A stretch of DNA of 64,000 nt from Haliotis cracherodii (Eukaryota). This document shows positions 38,870 through 52,943 of this stretch, piece by piece. The first letter of the stretch is position 1, and the number at the start of each line of letters is the position of its first letter. The stretch lies in contig NW_027266275.1 of NCBI RefSeq assembly GCF_022045235.1, forward strand, positions 25,606,001-25,670,000, written 5' to 3'. Under the pieces are notes generated by a model. The model was not told the DNA's origin. It ran no database searches and saw only the letters and a list, made by a program, of their open reading frames with translations. The position numbers were made by a program, and so were the translations under genes.

Positions 38870-39536
38870 CAAATAACCGCCCTCAGCTTGTGTCAGGATA
38901 TCGACACTTCTCACACTCTCTCACTTTTATAATATCAGGGTTCTCATCCTATTTATCTCTAAATGCTGATTATGTGTCAAATCACTGGCAACTCCAATCC
39001 CCATATTCTTTAGGGTGGCTCTCATACCAACTATCTGCATCTTGTCCACCCGGTAGGCCAGTCTCACTATAAGTGGACGTGGTGTCCTGTTTCCTAAGAG
39101 GGGAGCCTGTGGGCACGTGCTAAATCTTTAGCAGATAGACGAGGCAGACCTGGATCTTTATCTCTAACTCTTTTGACAATGTCTAGTGTTTTATCACTGC
39201 ACGCAACGTTGGCTTCCGTAGCAGATTCCGGGTCTCCAAAGAGAGTGTTTTGTCGACTGAAACGTTACACCCTACCGTATAACTGAGCTTCACGGATGCT
39301 ATAAAGCCCCTAACATACAGAGGCATAGAGGGTTCAACAGAGATAAATCTGTTATGGTTCACTTCAGACAACATGGTATTAACATGTCTCTTTAGAATAT
39401 TCCGTCTTTCATATGACATGGTGGTAAGATGAAAACATTAGAATAAAAGCAAGCTGTATGTGAACTTGCAACGTCTGCACGTCGTGTTCCCAGTGCACTA
39501 TACTCGATGACCTGTGATGATTTCACATCTTTATAC

Positions 39537-39777
39537 GACCCGTGAAGATCCGGGTAGAATTGATATTAAGCAACCTTTGCTTGTCGTAAGAGGCGACTAA
39601 CGGAATCGGGTGGGCAGGCTCGCTGATTTGTTTGATGCACGTCATCGTATCTCAATTGCGTCGATCGATGCTAATGATATCGATCACTAGATTGTCTGGT
39701 CCAGACTCGATAATTTTCAGGCCGCCGTCATAAAGCTCGAATACTGCTGAGTGCGACATTAAACAGCAAACAAACAA
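39537..39777 (+). mobile_element. SINE family B full unit
   Basis: GACCCGTGAAGATCCGGG start, GTCGTAAGAGGCGACTAA core, (AAAC)n tail. 12-bp TSD ACATCTTTATAC at 39525-39536 and 39778-39789. Confidence 0.9.
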
Positions 39778-39884
39778 ACATCTTTATACATCTCAATTGC
39801 GCAACCAATATTGACCTGTGGTTCTGGGATATGGAGCAGAAAGCAAATAACCCAGTGCTAAATAGAGACTAAAATAAGGACTAT

Positions 39885-41022
39885 CTGGTAGAGCCAGTTG
39901 ACAGGTTGGTTGTTACCCTTGACCACATACTGACAACCTAGTAGAGACAGTTGACTGGTTGGTTGTTACCCTAGACCACATACTGACGACCTAGTAGAGA
40001 CGGTTGACAGGTTGATTAGTACCCTGGACCAAACACTGACTACCTAGTAGAGACAGTTGACAGGTTGGTTTGTACCCTAGACCACATATTTACTACCTAG
40101 GAGAGACAATTGACAGGTTGATTAGTATCCTTGACCACATACTGACAACCTAGTAGAGACAACTGACAGGTTGGTTAGTACCCTGGACCAAACACTGACC
40201 ACCTAGTAGAGACAGTTGACAGGTTGGTTGTTACCCTGGACCCCATACTGACTACCTAGTAAAGACAGTTGACAGGTTGGTCACACACTGACCACCCAGT
40301 AGAGACAGTTAACAGGTAGGTTTGTACCCTGGACCACATATTGACTACCTAGGAGAGACAATTGACAGGATGATTAGTAGTACCCTAGACCACATACTGA
40401 CGACCTAGCAGAGACAATTGACAGGTTGGTTTGTACCCTAGACCACATATTGACTACCAAGGAGAGACAATTAACAGGTTGATTTGTACCCTTTACCAAA
40501 CACTGACCACCTAGTAGAGACAGTTAACAGGTAGGTTTGTGCCCTAGATCCCATACTGACTACCAAAGAGAGACGATTGTCAGGTTGGTTAGTACCCTGG
40601 ACCAAACACTGACTACCTACATGTAGCAGAGACAGTTGACAGATTGGTTTGTACCCTAGACCACATACTGACGACCTAGCAGAGACAATTGACAGGTTGG
40701 TTTGTACCCTAGACCACATACTGACCACCTAGTAGAGACAGTTGACAGGTTGGTTAGCACCCTGGACCACACACTGACCACCTAGTAGAGACAGTTGACA
40801 GGTTGGTTAGCACCCTGGACCACACACTGACCACCTAGTAGAGACAGTTGACAGGTTGGTTTGTACCCTAGACCATATATTGACTACCAAGGAGAGACAA
40901 TTGACAAGTTGGTTGCTACCCTAGACCACATACTGATAACCTAGTAGAGACAGTTGACAGGTTGGTTAGTACCCTGGACCACATACTGACAACCTAGAAG
41001 AGACAGTTGACAGGTTGGTACC
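39885..41022. repeat. 53-bp minisatellite
   Basis: CTAGTAGAGACAGTTGACAGGTTGG..ACCCT(A/G)GACCACATACTGAC units, period 53 (40729, 40782). Confidence 0.93.
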
Positions 41023-41036
41023 CCAGAACTCATAGT

Positions 41037-42050
41037 TACAAGGGGCGTTCAATAAGTTTTGCAACTTCAATATAAGATCAAGTCGCAGAATATCTTTTGC
41101 ACTTTTATTTTTCAATATAATCTCCATCCACCTCAGTACACTTATTCCATTTGTCCTTCAAGCTTTTAATACTCCTTTTACAGAAATCAGCAGATTGGCC
41201 CTCTAACCACGCCTCTGTGGCAGCCTTTATGTCCTCGTCATCCTGGAAGCGTCTTCCATTTCATTTGCCGGAACAGGAAATAATCACTGGGGGCTAAGTC
41301 TTGGCTGTAGGCTGGGTGATTTAACTGTTCGAATCCACATTCACATATGGCGGCCTGTGCAATTTTCGACTTGTGAACCGGAGCGTTGTCATGCTAAAAG
41401 TAGAATACCACGTGTTAACATCCCACAGGGTTTCTGGCGCATAGATTTTCCCAATTCTTTCATTACATTAGCATAATACTGTCCATTGATTGTAGATTTT
41501 GGTGGCATGTAATCTATCTGTAACATGCCTCTTGCATCCAAGAACTTTCAGTTCTCTGCTGGCGATCTTGAGCTCTGAGGTTTCTAGGTACCTATCTTGC
41601 AGATACCTTGGACATACTAAGATGCTCTTGAATAATGATTACAACAGTTCCAACTGATATTTGGAATTCCCTAGAAAGTTCAGATACTTTCACTCGTCGG
41701 TCAGAGAAAATTCTTCTTTCTATAGCAGCAATGGTTTCCGGTTGGGTGGCATCTGAATACCTGCCTGACCTTGGATCATCGTCTATGGACTCCCTACCCC
41801 TTTTAAAATTGACATATGCGTTTTCTTTTGCTTTGCATCCCTCCTTGGTGAGGAACTTTATTACAGCGCGATGTTCATGTTTGAGAGAATCCATGACTGT
41901 AACCACCCTTAGGTGAATGAAGCCATCTAACTTATTGTTGTGTCTGGAACTTGTTATGTAAATTTATGACTTGTGTCACACCTGCCACAAGTTGACATTG
42001 TTTGTGTAAACAGAAGTGCCCAAGTTGCAATTTGAAGCGATACACTCGAG
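41037..42050 (-). mobile_element. Internally deleted, decayed mariner element
   Basis: TIR TACAAGGGGCGTTCAATAAGTTTTGCAAC at 41037. Translation HRAVIKFL..FKRGRESIDDDPRSGR..EHLSMSKVSAR*VP and HPAYSQDLAPSDYFLF. Confidence 0.9.
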
Positions 42051-42299
42051 AATTATAGATTAAAAGTCAAACCGTCAAAGATAAGGCGTTATCTATGAAG
42101 TGAAAGGAAACCAGGTCGCATTATTGTTTGGGGCAAAAGTGAATGAGAGTAGCGACGCAACGTTCATCAGAGAATATATACACCATGCCTTAGTTACCTG
42201 GTGATGATACCTGGTGTTCGAAAAAAAGTGAACGTACTGTGCAAGTCAAAATAAGGAATTGTACAGGACAGAATTTTGGGCACTGGTGCGTCAAATTTG

Positions 42300-42690
42300 G
42301 AAATGTCCCCCCACATGTCTACAATAAAGCTTTAAAGCTTTTCTAAGGCCTGGAATGCTGTACCCCGATCTAACAAATTTAGCAAGAGTCTTTGGACCTT
42401 AAATCTTCGACGAAACAGCATGCTTGATTGCACCAAAAAGTTTTGAAATTTAGATACCAAAGGCTGAAGCTTCTAGAATATTGCTCGACATAAAGTTAAA
42501 GTTGACTATTGAAAAGTTGAAGTCGTGTCTCTTGTCAAACACTCTTGTGGAGAGTTTGCTTTCATTAGTAATGCATAGATCTAAATATGAAACAGGCGAG
42601 GCTGTTTCGCTGTTCTCTTTTATTTCTAGCTCAGGTTGGTAAATCAGTGGTAAGAAATTAGCTATTTGACCATTGCTGGAACGATTTAAA
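42300..42690 (-). mobile_element. Penelope-like element RT C-terminal fragment
   Basis: IYQPELEIKE..VSYLDL..LSTRVFDKRHDFNFSIVNFNFMSSNI..AFGI, matching the PLE motif YDKRDDFNFxIVNFP..SNIP. Confidence 0.8.
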
Positions 42691-43336
42691 ACAACGTTAA
42701 TGTGATCACCCGTAAAAAATATCAGTTCCGTTTATTGTATTGTGTTAAACTCAGTGAAGGTTTTATTTACATTTAACAGATCTGTTTACATGCGATACTC
42801 TGTGCGACAGAACAAATAGCAAATATCGTGACTGAAATATTATACATGTCCGTAACGGTCAGGCTCTAGTCAGGTGCAACACGAGTTTATCTATCTATAA
42901 TGATGCGCGCATTGAACAACATACATCCATAACATGGACAGCCCCGAGTTGAACAGTGCGCATATGTACAGAGAGGTCCACAAAGCATAGCTATAAATAC
43001 TGTACTTCCTAGCACAAACAATCAGCCAATGAGATCGTATCTGTCGCAGGCGCGAGGTCACAATGAGCATTTTACTTCCTGCTCTCTGTACCGTCCTAGA
43101 CGGGAGTTGCATCTGACGCGAGAAGAGGAGTTGTGTTCACGTTGTCAACAGGATTGTACGTGTGCATGCGGGTGAGGGTCAGTGTCATCGTACAACTAAA
43201 TCTTTAACCCTTCGTCAGTTCCGATGTGGTATCGTTAAAGGTAATTGTTTTCTATTCTTTATCAAGGTTACAGGTGAACGGTTCATAGGTATGAATTGAT
43301 TAGTGCATCAAACATATATATGTCAGTTGTAGTACT

Positions 43337-43495
43337 NNNNNNNNNNNNNNNNNNNNNNNNNNNNNNNNNNNNNNNNNNNNNNNNNNNNNNNNNNNNNNNN
43401 NNNNNNNNNNNNNNNNNNNNNNNNNNNNNNNNNNNNNNNNNNNNNNNNNNNNNNNNNNNNNNNNNNNNNNNNNNNNNNNNNNNNNNNNNNNNNNN
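43337..43495. other. Assembly gap (159 N), followed by (GTCG)n/(TGTC)n microsatellites
   Basis: Run of N in the sequence. Confidence 1.
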
Positions 43496-44659
43496 ATGTA
43501 TGTGTACATGTCTGTTTGTCTGTCTTTCTGTCGGTCGGACTGTCGGTCGGTCGGTCGGTCGGTCGGTCGGTCGATCGGTCGGTAGACTCATCATTCTAAC
43601 TTTGTCTGTCTGTGTGCGTCTGTCTGTGTCTATGTCTGTGCCTCTGTATGTTTGTCTGTGTGCGTGATCATCTCTGTACGACACAGTAAGTGTGCGGGTG
43701 CATGTCCACATATAATGCTCCAACAGGTAACATGTATATTTTTTATAATAACTTATCGAATGAAATATTCTGCCTACATAGATTGCGAAGATTCGGTTTT
43801 GTGCAATTTATGACGTTCGAGATATCCAGGGGACTAGGGAGATAAACAGAGATGTGATGGCGTATCACATTTATTAATTGACACCGTGTATGTGTCTCGA
43901 ACACAAATATCGTTTAATGACTCCAAACAGAGACTAGTTCCAAAAGATAAATATGCATGTTGAATACAGGTCTCGGTGTCTGTCTCGTCTCTGCGGTAAA
44001 CTGATATCAATGTCAAATGACACAGGAACAGGTTACGGCATATCAAACCATCAGGAAGGATGCAATTTTGCCAGGATGTATGTCAGTCAATATAAGCTTT
44101 ACATTTGGTAACGTGCATGTTGATACAATGGTCATCGCGTTTCAAGTCTAGGAAGTTGTTTCGTGTCTGATGTGTTGCTATAATTGCCACACAGACATAG
44201 TACATGTACCTGGCACAGGTGTATTCATTGAGTAATAGTATACATGTTGTCCTACATTCTGCATGTCAACACGTGACTCGATCTACTTTTCAGCCAGCCC
44301 TCGTAGCTCACATGCCGATACACGAGCAACGAGGGGAAAATCCCCTCTGTTTCCCATGGCTGACGTCGTCACATTTCTCGCTCTACTTTTCAAATGCCAC
44401 ATCACATTAATTTATCGCAATTCTCGCATACATATGGGATGACTCGTTCTGCTCCTGTGTCTCTATTGAAATTGTTTTTAAGGAAATCAGGAGGGTTTGT
44501 TAGCTATATGAATTAGGAATATTTGTGTAATAAAGACAGGCATATTTACATTTTAGGGGATTCCCCTACTGAAGTTTAGGGGATTGTTAATTTAACCTAT
44601 CCTCTAGTTTGGTCATTCATTGTTTTCAACCCCTTCCACGCTGAACACACAGCAATACC

Positions 44660-46297
44660 CATTCCTCCTACTCCTCCTTTTTCCTCCTACTCCTCCTAAC
44701 CCTATTCCCCCTACACCCATACTCCTCCTACTCTCCTACTCCTCCTACACCCCTACTCCTCCTACACCACTTCTCCACCTAATCTCCTACTCCTCCTACT
44801 CTCCTACTCTCCTACTCCTACCCCTATTCCTCCTACACCCCTACTCCTCCTACACCCCTACTCCCCCTACACCCCTACTCCTCCTACACCACTTCTCCAC
44901 CTAATCTCCTACTCCTCCTACTCTCCTACTCTCCTACTCCTACCCCTATTCCTCCTACACCCCTACTCCTCCTACACCCCTACTCCCCCTACACCCCTAC
45001 TCCTCCTACACCACTTCTCCACCTAATCTCCTACTCCTCCTACACCCCTATTCCTCCTTCCCCCTACTCCTCCTACACCACTTCTCCACCTAATCTCCTA
45101 CTCCTCCTACTCTCCTACTCTCCTACTCCTACCCCTATTCCTCCTACACCCCTACTCCTCCTACACCCCTACTCCCCCTACACCCCTACTCCTCCTACAC
45201 CACTTCTCCACCTAATCTCCTACTCCTCCTACTCTCCTACTCTCCTACTCCTACCCCTATTCCTCCTACACCCCTACTCCTCCTACACCCCTACTCCCCC
45301 TACACCCCTACTCCTCCTACACCACTTCTCCACCTAATCTCCTACTCCTCCTACACCCCTATTCCTCCTACTCTCCTACTCCTCCTACACCCCTTCTCCC
45401 CCTACTCTCCTACTCCTCCTACACCCCTACTCCTCCTACACCACTTCTCCACCTAATCTCCTACTCCTCCTACTCCCCTATTCCTCCTACACCCCTACTC
45501 CTCCTACACCCCTTCTCCCCCTACTCTCCTACTCCTCCTACCTCTATTCCTCCTACATCCCTACTCCTCCTACACCCCTTCTCCTCCTACTCTCCTACTC
45601 CTCCTACACCCCTATTCCTCCTACTCTCCTACTCCTCCTACACCCCTATTCCTCCTACTCTCCTACTCCTCCTACCCCTATTCCTCCTACACCCCTACTC
45701 CTCCTACACCCCTACTCCTCCTACTCTCCTACTCCTCCTACCCCTATTCCTCCTACACCCCTTCTCCTCCTACTCTCCTACTCTCCTACACTCCTACTCC
45801 CCCTACTCCTTCTATTCTTCATATTCCCCCTACTCCTCCTACTCCTACTTCCCCTACACTCTTACTCCTCCTATTCCTCCTACTCCTCATACCCCTACTC
45901 CTTCTATTCTTCATACTCCTCCTACCCCTACTCCTCCTACTCCTACTTCCCCTACACTCTTATTCCTCCTATTCCTCCTACACCTCATACCCCTACTCCT
46001 TCTATTCCTCCTACTCCTCATACCCCTACTCCTTCTATTCTTCATACTCCTCCTACCCCTACTCCTCCTACTCCTACTTCCCCTAAACTCTTACTCTTCT
46101 TATTCCTCCTACTCCTCCTACCTCTACTATTCCTCCCAATCCTCCCCACTCATTCTATTCCTCCTACTCCTCCTATTCTTCCTACCCCTACTCCTCCTAC
46201 TCCTACTTGCCCTACACTCCTACTACTCCTCCTACCTCCTCCTACTCCTACTACTCCTCCTACCTCCTCCTACTCCTCCTACCTTCTACTCCTCCTA
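44660..46297. repeat. Pyrimidine-rich (CCT/CCTA/CCTACT) low-complexity array with ~105-bp higher-order units
   Basis: Plus strand almost devoid of G over ~1.6 kb. CACCACTTCTCCACCTAATCT recurs periodically. Confidence 0.95.
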
Positions 46298-46569
46298 TAT
46301 ATGTTATTTCTACAGAGGCAACACTTCCACACAAATCTGTGAAGTGATGTCAGTTTGGCATATTCAAAAGTGTAGTTTCACCCATGTCATGTACATAGTG
46401 AGTTGCCTCTGTGACATCTTACTTCCTAGTTTACGTACCTCTAAAACATAAGTATGACAGTTTTATTTTGAGAAAGGGAAAGAATAATGTGCCACGGGTT
46501 GTCAAGCACTTAAACTCGTTGTTTCAAGTAGTTCGTCATCTGTCTCAATCGTACTTGCAACTCAGTCCC

Positions 46570-49500
46570 GACATCCCACAAAGCCCGCCCATCCAACACG
46601 CCCCGTCCAACACTGCCTACACATCCCACACGCCCCATCAAACACTGCCTACACATCCCGCACGCCCCATCCAACACTGCCTACATCTCCCACACGCCCC
46701 ATCCAACACTGCCTACATCTCCAACACGCCCCAACCAACACTGCCTACATCTCCCACACGCCCCATCCAACATTGCCTACATCTCCCACACGCCCCATCC
46801 AACACTGCCTACACCTCCCACACGCCCCATCCAACACTGCCTACATCTCCTACACGCCCCATCCAACACTGCCTACACCTCCCACACGCCCCATCCAACA
46901 CTGCCAACATCTCCCACACGCCCCATCCATCACTGCCTACATCTCCCACACGCCCCATCCAACACTGCCTACATCTTCCACACGCCCCATCCAACACTGC
47001 CTTCACCTCCCACACGCCCCATCCAACACTGCCTACATCTCCCACACGCCCCATCCAACACTGCCTACACCTCCCACAAGCCCCATCCAACACTGCCTAC
47101 ATCTCCCACACGCCCCATCCATCACTGCCTACATCTCCCACACGCCCCATCCAACACTGCCTACATCTCCCACACGCCCCATCCAACACTGCCTACATCT
47201 CCTACACGCCCCATCCAACACTGCCTACACATCCCGCACGCCCCATCCAACACTGCCTGCACCTCCCACACGCCCAATCCAACACTGCCTACATCTCCCA
47301 CATGCCCCATCCAACACTGCCTACGTCTCCCACACGCCCCATCCAACACTGCCTACATCTCCCACACGCCCCATCCAACACTGCCTACATCTCCCACACG
47401 CCCCATCCAAATCTGCCTACACATCCCACACGCCCCATCCAACATTGCTAACACATCCCACACGCCCCATCCAACACTGCCTACATCTCCCACACGCCCC
47501 ATCCAACACTGCCAACACATCCCGCACGCCCCATCCAACACTGCCTACACCTCCCACAGGCCAGGGCCAACACTGCTAACACATCCCACACGCCCCATCA
47601 AACACTGCCTACATCTCCCACACGCCCCATCCAACACTGCCTACATCTCCAACACGCCCCAACCAACACTGCCTACATCTCCCACACGCCCCATCCAACA
47701 TTGCCTACATCTCCCACACACCCCATCCAACACTGCCTACACCTCCCACACGCCCCATCCAACACTGCCTACATCTCCTACACGCCCCATCCAACACTGC
47801 CTACACCTCCCACACGCCCCATCCAACACTGCCTACATCTCCCACACGCCCCATCCATCACTGCCTACATCTCCCACACGCCCCATCCAACACTGCCTAC
47901 ATCTTCCACACGCCCCATCCAACACTGCCTTCACCTCCCACACGCCCCATCCAACACTGCCTACATCTCCCACACGCCCCATCCAACACTGCCTACACCT
48001 CCCACACGCCCCATCCAACACTGCCTACATCTCCCACACGCCCCATCCATCACTGCCTACATCTCCCACACGCCCCATCCAACACTGCCTACATCTCCCA
48101 CACGCCCCATCCAACACTGCCTACATCTCCTACACGCCCCATCCAACACTGCCTACACATCCCGCACGCCCCATCCAACACTGCCTGCACCTCCCACACG
48201 CCCAATCCAACACTGCCTACATCTCCCACATGCCCCATCCAACACTGCCTACGTCTCCCACACGCCCCATCCAACACTGCCTACATCTCCCACACGCCCC
48301 ATCCAACACTGCCTACATCTCCCACACGCCCCATCCAAATCTGCCTACACATCCCACACGCCCCATCCAACATTGCTAACACATCCCACACGCCCCATCC
48401 AACACTGCCTACATCTCCCACACGCCCCATCCAACACTGCCAACACATCCCACACGCCCCATCCAACACTGCCTACACCTCCCACACGCCAGGGCCAACA
48501 TTGCTAACACATCCCACACGCCCCATCAAACACTGCCTACACATCCCACCACCCCATCCAAATACTGCTAACACATCCCACACGCCCCATCCAACACTGC
48601 CTACACATCCCACACGCCCCATCCAACACTGCCTACACATCCCGCACGCCCCATCCAACACTTCCCACACCGCCCACACGCCCCATCCAACATTGCTAAC
48701 ACATCCCGCACGCCCCATCCAACACTGCCTACACATCCCACACGCCCCATCCAACACTGCCTACATCTCCCACACGCCCCATCCAACTCTGCCTACACAT
48801 CCCACACGCCCACACGCCCCATCCAACATTGCTAACACATCCCACACGCCCCATACACATCCCACACGCCCCATCCAACATTGCTAACACATCCCACACG
48901 CCCCATCCAACACTGCTAACACATCCCACACGCCCCATCCAACACTGCCTACACCTCCCACACGCCACGGCCAACACTGCCTACATCTCCCACACGCCCC
49001 ATCCATCACTGCCTACATCTCCCACACGCCCCATCCAACACTGCCTACACCTCCCACACGCCCCATCCAACACTGCCTACATCTCCCACACGCCCCATCC
49101 AACACTGCCTACACCTCCCACACGCCCCATCCAACACTGCCTACATCTCCCACACGCCCCATCCATCACTGCCTACATCTCCCACACGCCCCATCCAACA
49201 CTGCCTACATCTCCCACGCGCCCCATCCAACACTCCATACATCTCCTACACGCCCCATCCAACACTGCCTACACATCCCGCACGCCCCATCCAACACTGT
49301 CTGCACCTCCCACACGCCCCATCCAACACTGCCTACATCTCCCACACGCCCCATCCAACACTGCCTACATCTCCCACACGCCCCATCCAAATCTGCCTAC
49401 ACATCCCACACGCCCCATCCAACATTGCTAACACATCCCACACGCCCCATCCAACACTGCCTACATCTCCCACACGCATCATCCAACACTGCCAACACAT

Positions 49501-51640
49501 CCCCCACGCCCCATCCAACACTGCCTACACCTCCCACACGCCAGGGCCAACACTGCTAACACATCCCACACGCCCCATCAAACACTGCCTACACATCCCA
49601 CACGCCCCATCCAAACACTGCTAACACATCCCACACGCCCCATCCAACACTGCCTACACATCCCACACGCCCCATCCAACACTGCCTACACATCCCGCAC
49701 GCCCCATCCAACACTTCCCACACCGCCCACACGCCCCATCCAACACTGCCTACATCTCCCACACGCCCCATCCAACACTGCCTACACCTCCCACACGCCA
49801 CGGCCAACACTGCCTACACATCCCACACGCCCCATCCAACACTGCTAACACATCCCACACGCCCCATCCAACACTGCTAACACATCCCACACGCCCCATC
49901 CAACACTGCTAACACATCCCACACGCCCCATCCAACACTGCCTACACATCCTGCACGCCCCATCCAACACTGCCCACACATCCCACACGCCCCATCCAAC
50001 ACTGCCTACACATCCCGCACGTCCCATTCAACACGCCCCATCCAACACTGCCCACACATCCCGCACGTCCCATTCAACACTGCTAGCCCACCCAACACTG
50101 CCTACACATCCCACACGCCCCATCCAACACTGCTAGCCCACCCAACACTGCCCACACATCCTGCACGCCCCATCCAACACTGCTAGCCCACCCAACACTG
50201 CCCACACATCCTGCACGCCCCATCCAACACTGCTAGCCCACCCAACACTGCTAACAAATCCCACACGCCCCATCAAACACTGCCCACACATCCCACACAA
50301 CCCATACAACACTGCCTACACATCCCGCACGCCCCATCCAACACTGCTAGCACATCCCACACAACCCATACAACACTGCCTACACATCCAACACGCCCCA
50401 TCCAACACTGCCTACATCTCCCACACGCCCCATCCAACACTGCCTACACCTCCCACACGCCACGGCCAACACTGCCTACACATCCCACACGCCCCATCCA
50501 ACACTGCCTACACATCCCACACGCCCCATCCAACACTGCTAACACATCCCACACGCCCCATCCAACACTGCCTACACATCCTGCACGCCCCATCCAACAC
50601 TGCCCACACATCCCACACGCCCCATCCAACACTGCCTACACATCCCGCACGTCCCATTCAACACGCCCCATCCAACACTGCCCACACATCCCGCACGTCC
50701 CATTCAACACTGCTAGCCCACCCAACACTGCCTACACATCCCACACGCCCCATCCAACACTGCCCACACATCCTGCACGCCCCATCCAACACTGCCTACA
50801 CATCCCACACGCCCCATCCAACACTGCTAGCCAAACCAACACTGCCTACACATCCCACACGTCCCATCCAACACTGCTAGCCCACCCAACACTGCCTACA
50901 CATCCCACACGCCCCATCCAACGCTGCTAGCCCACCCAACACTGCCCACACATCCTGCACGCCCCATCCACCACTGCTAGCCCACCCAACACTGCTAACA
51001 CATCCCACACGCCCCATCAAACACTGCCCACACATCCCACACAACCCATACAACACTGCCCACACATTCCGCACGCCCCATCCAACACTGCCTACACATC
51101 CCGCACGCCCCATCCAACACTGCCTACACATCCAACACGTCCCATCCAACACTGCCTACACATCCCACACGCCCCATCCAACACTGCCTACACATCCCAC
51201 ACGCCCCATCCAACACTGCTTACATCTCCCACACGCCCCATCCAACACTGCCTACACATCCTGCACACCCCATCCAACATTGCTAACACATCCCACACGT
51301 CCCATCCAACACTACCCACACATCCCACACGCCCCATCCAACACTGCCTACACATCCCACACAACCCATACAACACTACCCACACCTCCCACACGCCACG
51401 GCCAACACTGCTAGCACATCCCACACGCCCCATCCAACACTGCTAGCACATCCCGCACGCCCCATCCAACACTGCCTACACATCCTGCACGCCCCATCCA
51501 ACACTGCCTACACATCCAACACGTCCCATCCAACACTGCCTACACATCCCACACGCCCCATCCAACACTGCCTACACATCCCACACAACCCATACAACAC
51601 TACCCCCACCTCCCACACGCCACGGCCAACACTGCTGGCC
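46570..51640. repeat. 32-bp minisatellite (CACGCCCCATCCAACACTGCCTACA(T/C)CTCCCA), ~5 kb
   Basis: Tandem units, with a 928-bp block duplication visible (46773 vs 47701). Confidence 0.97.
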
Positions 51641-51677
51641 ACCCCATATGCCACAGCGTGTAATATTTGAACATATC

Positions 51678-51843
51678 TACAATGAAACTCCGTTAATCCC
51701 CCTACCATCGTTCGTATCAACAAGGTTTCGGATAATCGAGCTATGGTTACAGAGTACTGTACATGTGAGCGTTCCCAGCAGTAATATGCTGGAAGGAGGG
51801 GTTTTCGGATTAACGTTGTCCGGACTATCGCGGTTTTGCAGTA
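51678..51843. mobile_element. TA-flanked Tc1/pogo-like MITE
   Basis: TA-CAATGAAACTCCGTTAATCC ... CGGACTATCGCGGTTTTGCAG-TA imperfect terminal inverted repeats. Confidence 0.55.
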
Positions 51844-52777
51844 ATCTCTTTTAGCAGCTAGAGACATATCCTTTAAAACATGGTGATGTCTCCAACAGGG
51901 AAGTTAATTTAAGTTATAAAAAGAATTTAAAGCGTCTTTGTCTGCTTAAGTGAATAATGTACATCGACACAGCTGTTAATGTTTATCTCCCCATTTGACA
52001 AACAGCGTATAATCATTAGTCCATCGGCTGATACGTTTCCAAAGCAATAAACCAACCCAGACAAGGTAGGATACTAAACGCAAATAATTATATAATTATA
52101 AAAAATATATATTATTTCATTTTCATAGCATATTATTACATCCCCAAATTGTGTAAATAAATAGAGCATGTTCTCTATTTTCAGTACATTTATATTACGT
52201 TATTGACAACACTCTCAAATAGCAAAGAGTATTTTACCAAGATAGAACATTGACCTCATTACCTCAACGGAACCTTCTCAGTTCTGGCGTCTTAATGTAA
52301 ATGGAATAGTGGTCAGGCCCTGTGACTTGGTTTATTGCGCGTTATCAATCCTGACGGCGTGAGACGTTACTCATAATATCAACCACTGGTTTGTCTGGGC
52401 CAGACGTGACCACTAACACGCCTCCGTTATACAAATGGAAAATGTCTTAATGCGGCGTTTGACAACATTCACTCACTCATTTTATATGTCTTAACAATAC
52501 CACTAATGAATTCCGGTTCGAAAGCAATTACAATTGGGTTTTTTCCAACAATCGAAAGGGCAAGAATTAAAGTTACATAAATTGGAAATACCGTTTGACT
52601 GTTTTGGTTTTGGTTTTGACATTCATATCGTATATATTCAGAATGAGATCTACTCCAAACAATAAGGAAATATATGATGGTCTATTAAGGTCATGGGAAA
52701 GACATTTTATGTTTCTAACATTTGGATTAAGCAGAATCAGGTTGGCAAATTTTGTTTCATAACCTTCATTGACTTCT

Positions 52778-52943
52778 GGGGCGGTCGGGTAGCCTAGTGG
52801 TTAAAGCGTTCGCTCGTCACGCTGAAGACCTGGGTTCGAATCCCGACATGAGTACAATGTGTGAAGCCCATTTCTGGTGTCCCCCGCCGTGATATTGCTG
52901 GAATATTGCTAAAAGCGGCGTAAAACCAAACTCACTCACTCAC
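52778..52943 (+). mobile_element. Short tRNA-derived SINE family C, well-preserved copy
   Basis: A box TAGCCTAGTGG, B box GGTTCGAATCCC, (CACT)n tail, TSD TCATTGACTTCT. Confidence 0.92.

Noticed and set aside
37690-38932. 388- and 386-aa ORFs with HVDDCLQCLYPAGP (CxxC/His) repeats as a metal-binding protein
   Set aside because: These arise from a 45-bp (multiple of 3) minisatellite open in several frames. There is no proper start for the Cys frame, no synonymous bias is evident, there is a terminal frameshift, and the acceptor-like site is part of a palindromic repeat.
43000-43180. CCAAT/ETS motifs and a GG|GTGAGG donor as the BCAP-like promoter and first exon
   Set aside because: Short motifs only, 18 kb away and across an assembly gap. 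This cannot be supported from sequence alone.
46411-51433. Many Pro/His/Thr-rich ORFs
   Set aside because: All are translations of the 32-bp minisatellite, with the frame cycling every unit.
52778-52850. tRNA gene (GTC anticodon-like head)
   Set aside because: It continues into a SINE body and tail, is bounded by a TSD and is multi-copy. The same applies to the heads at 1200, 14327, 18361, 21845 and 63911.
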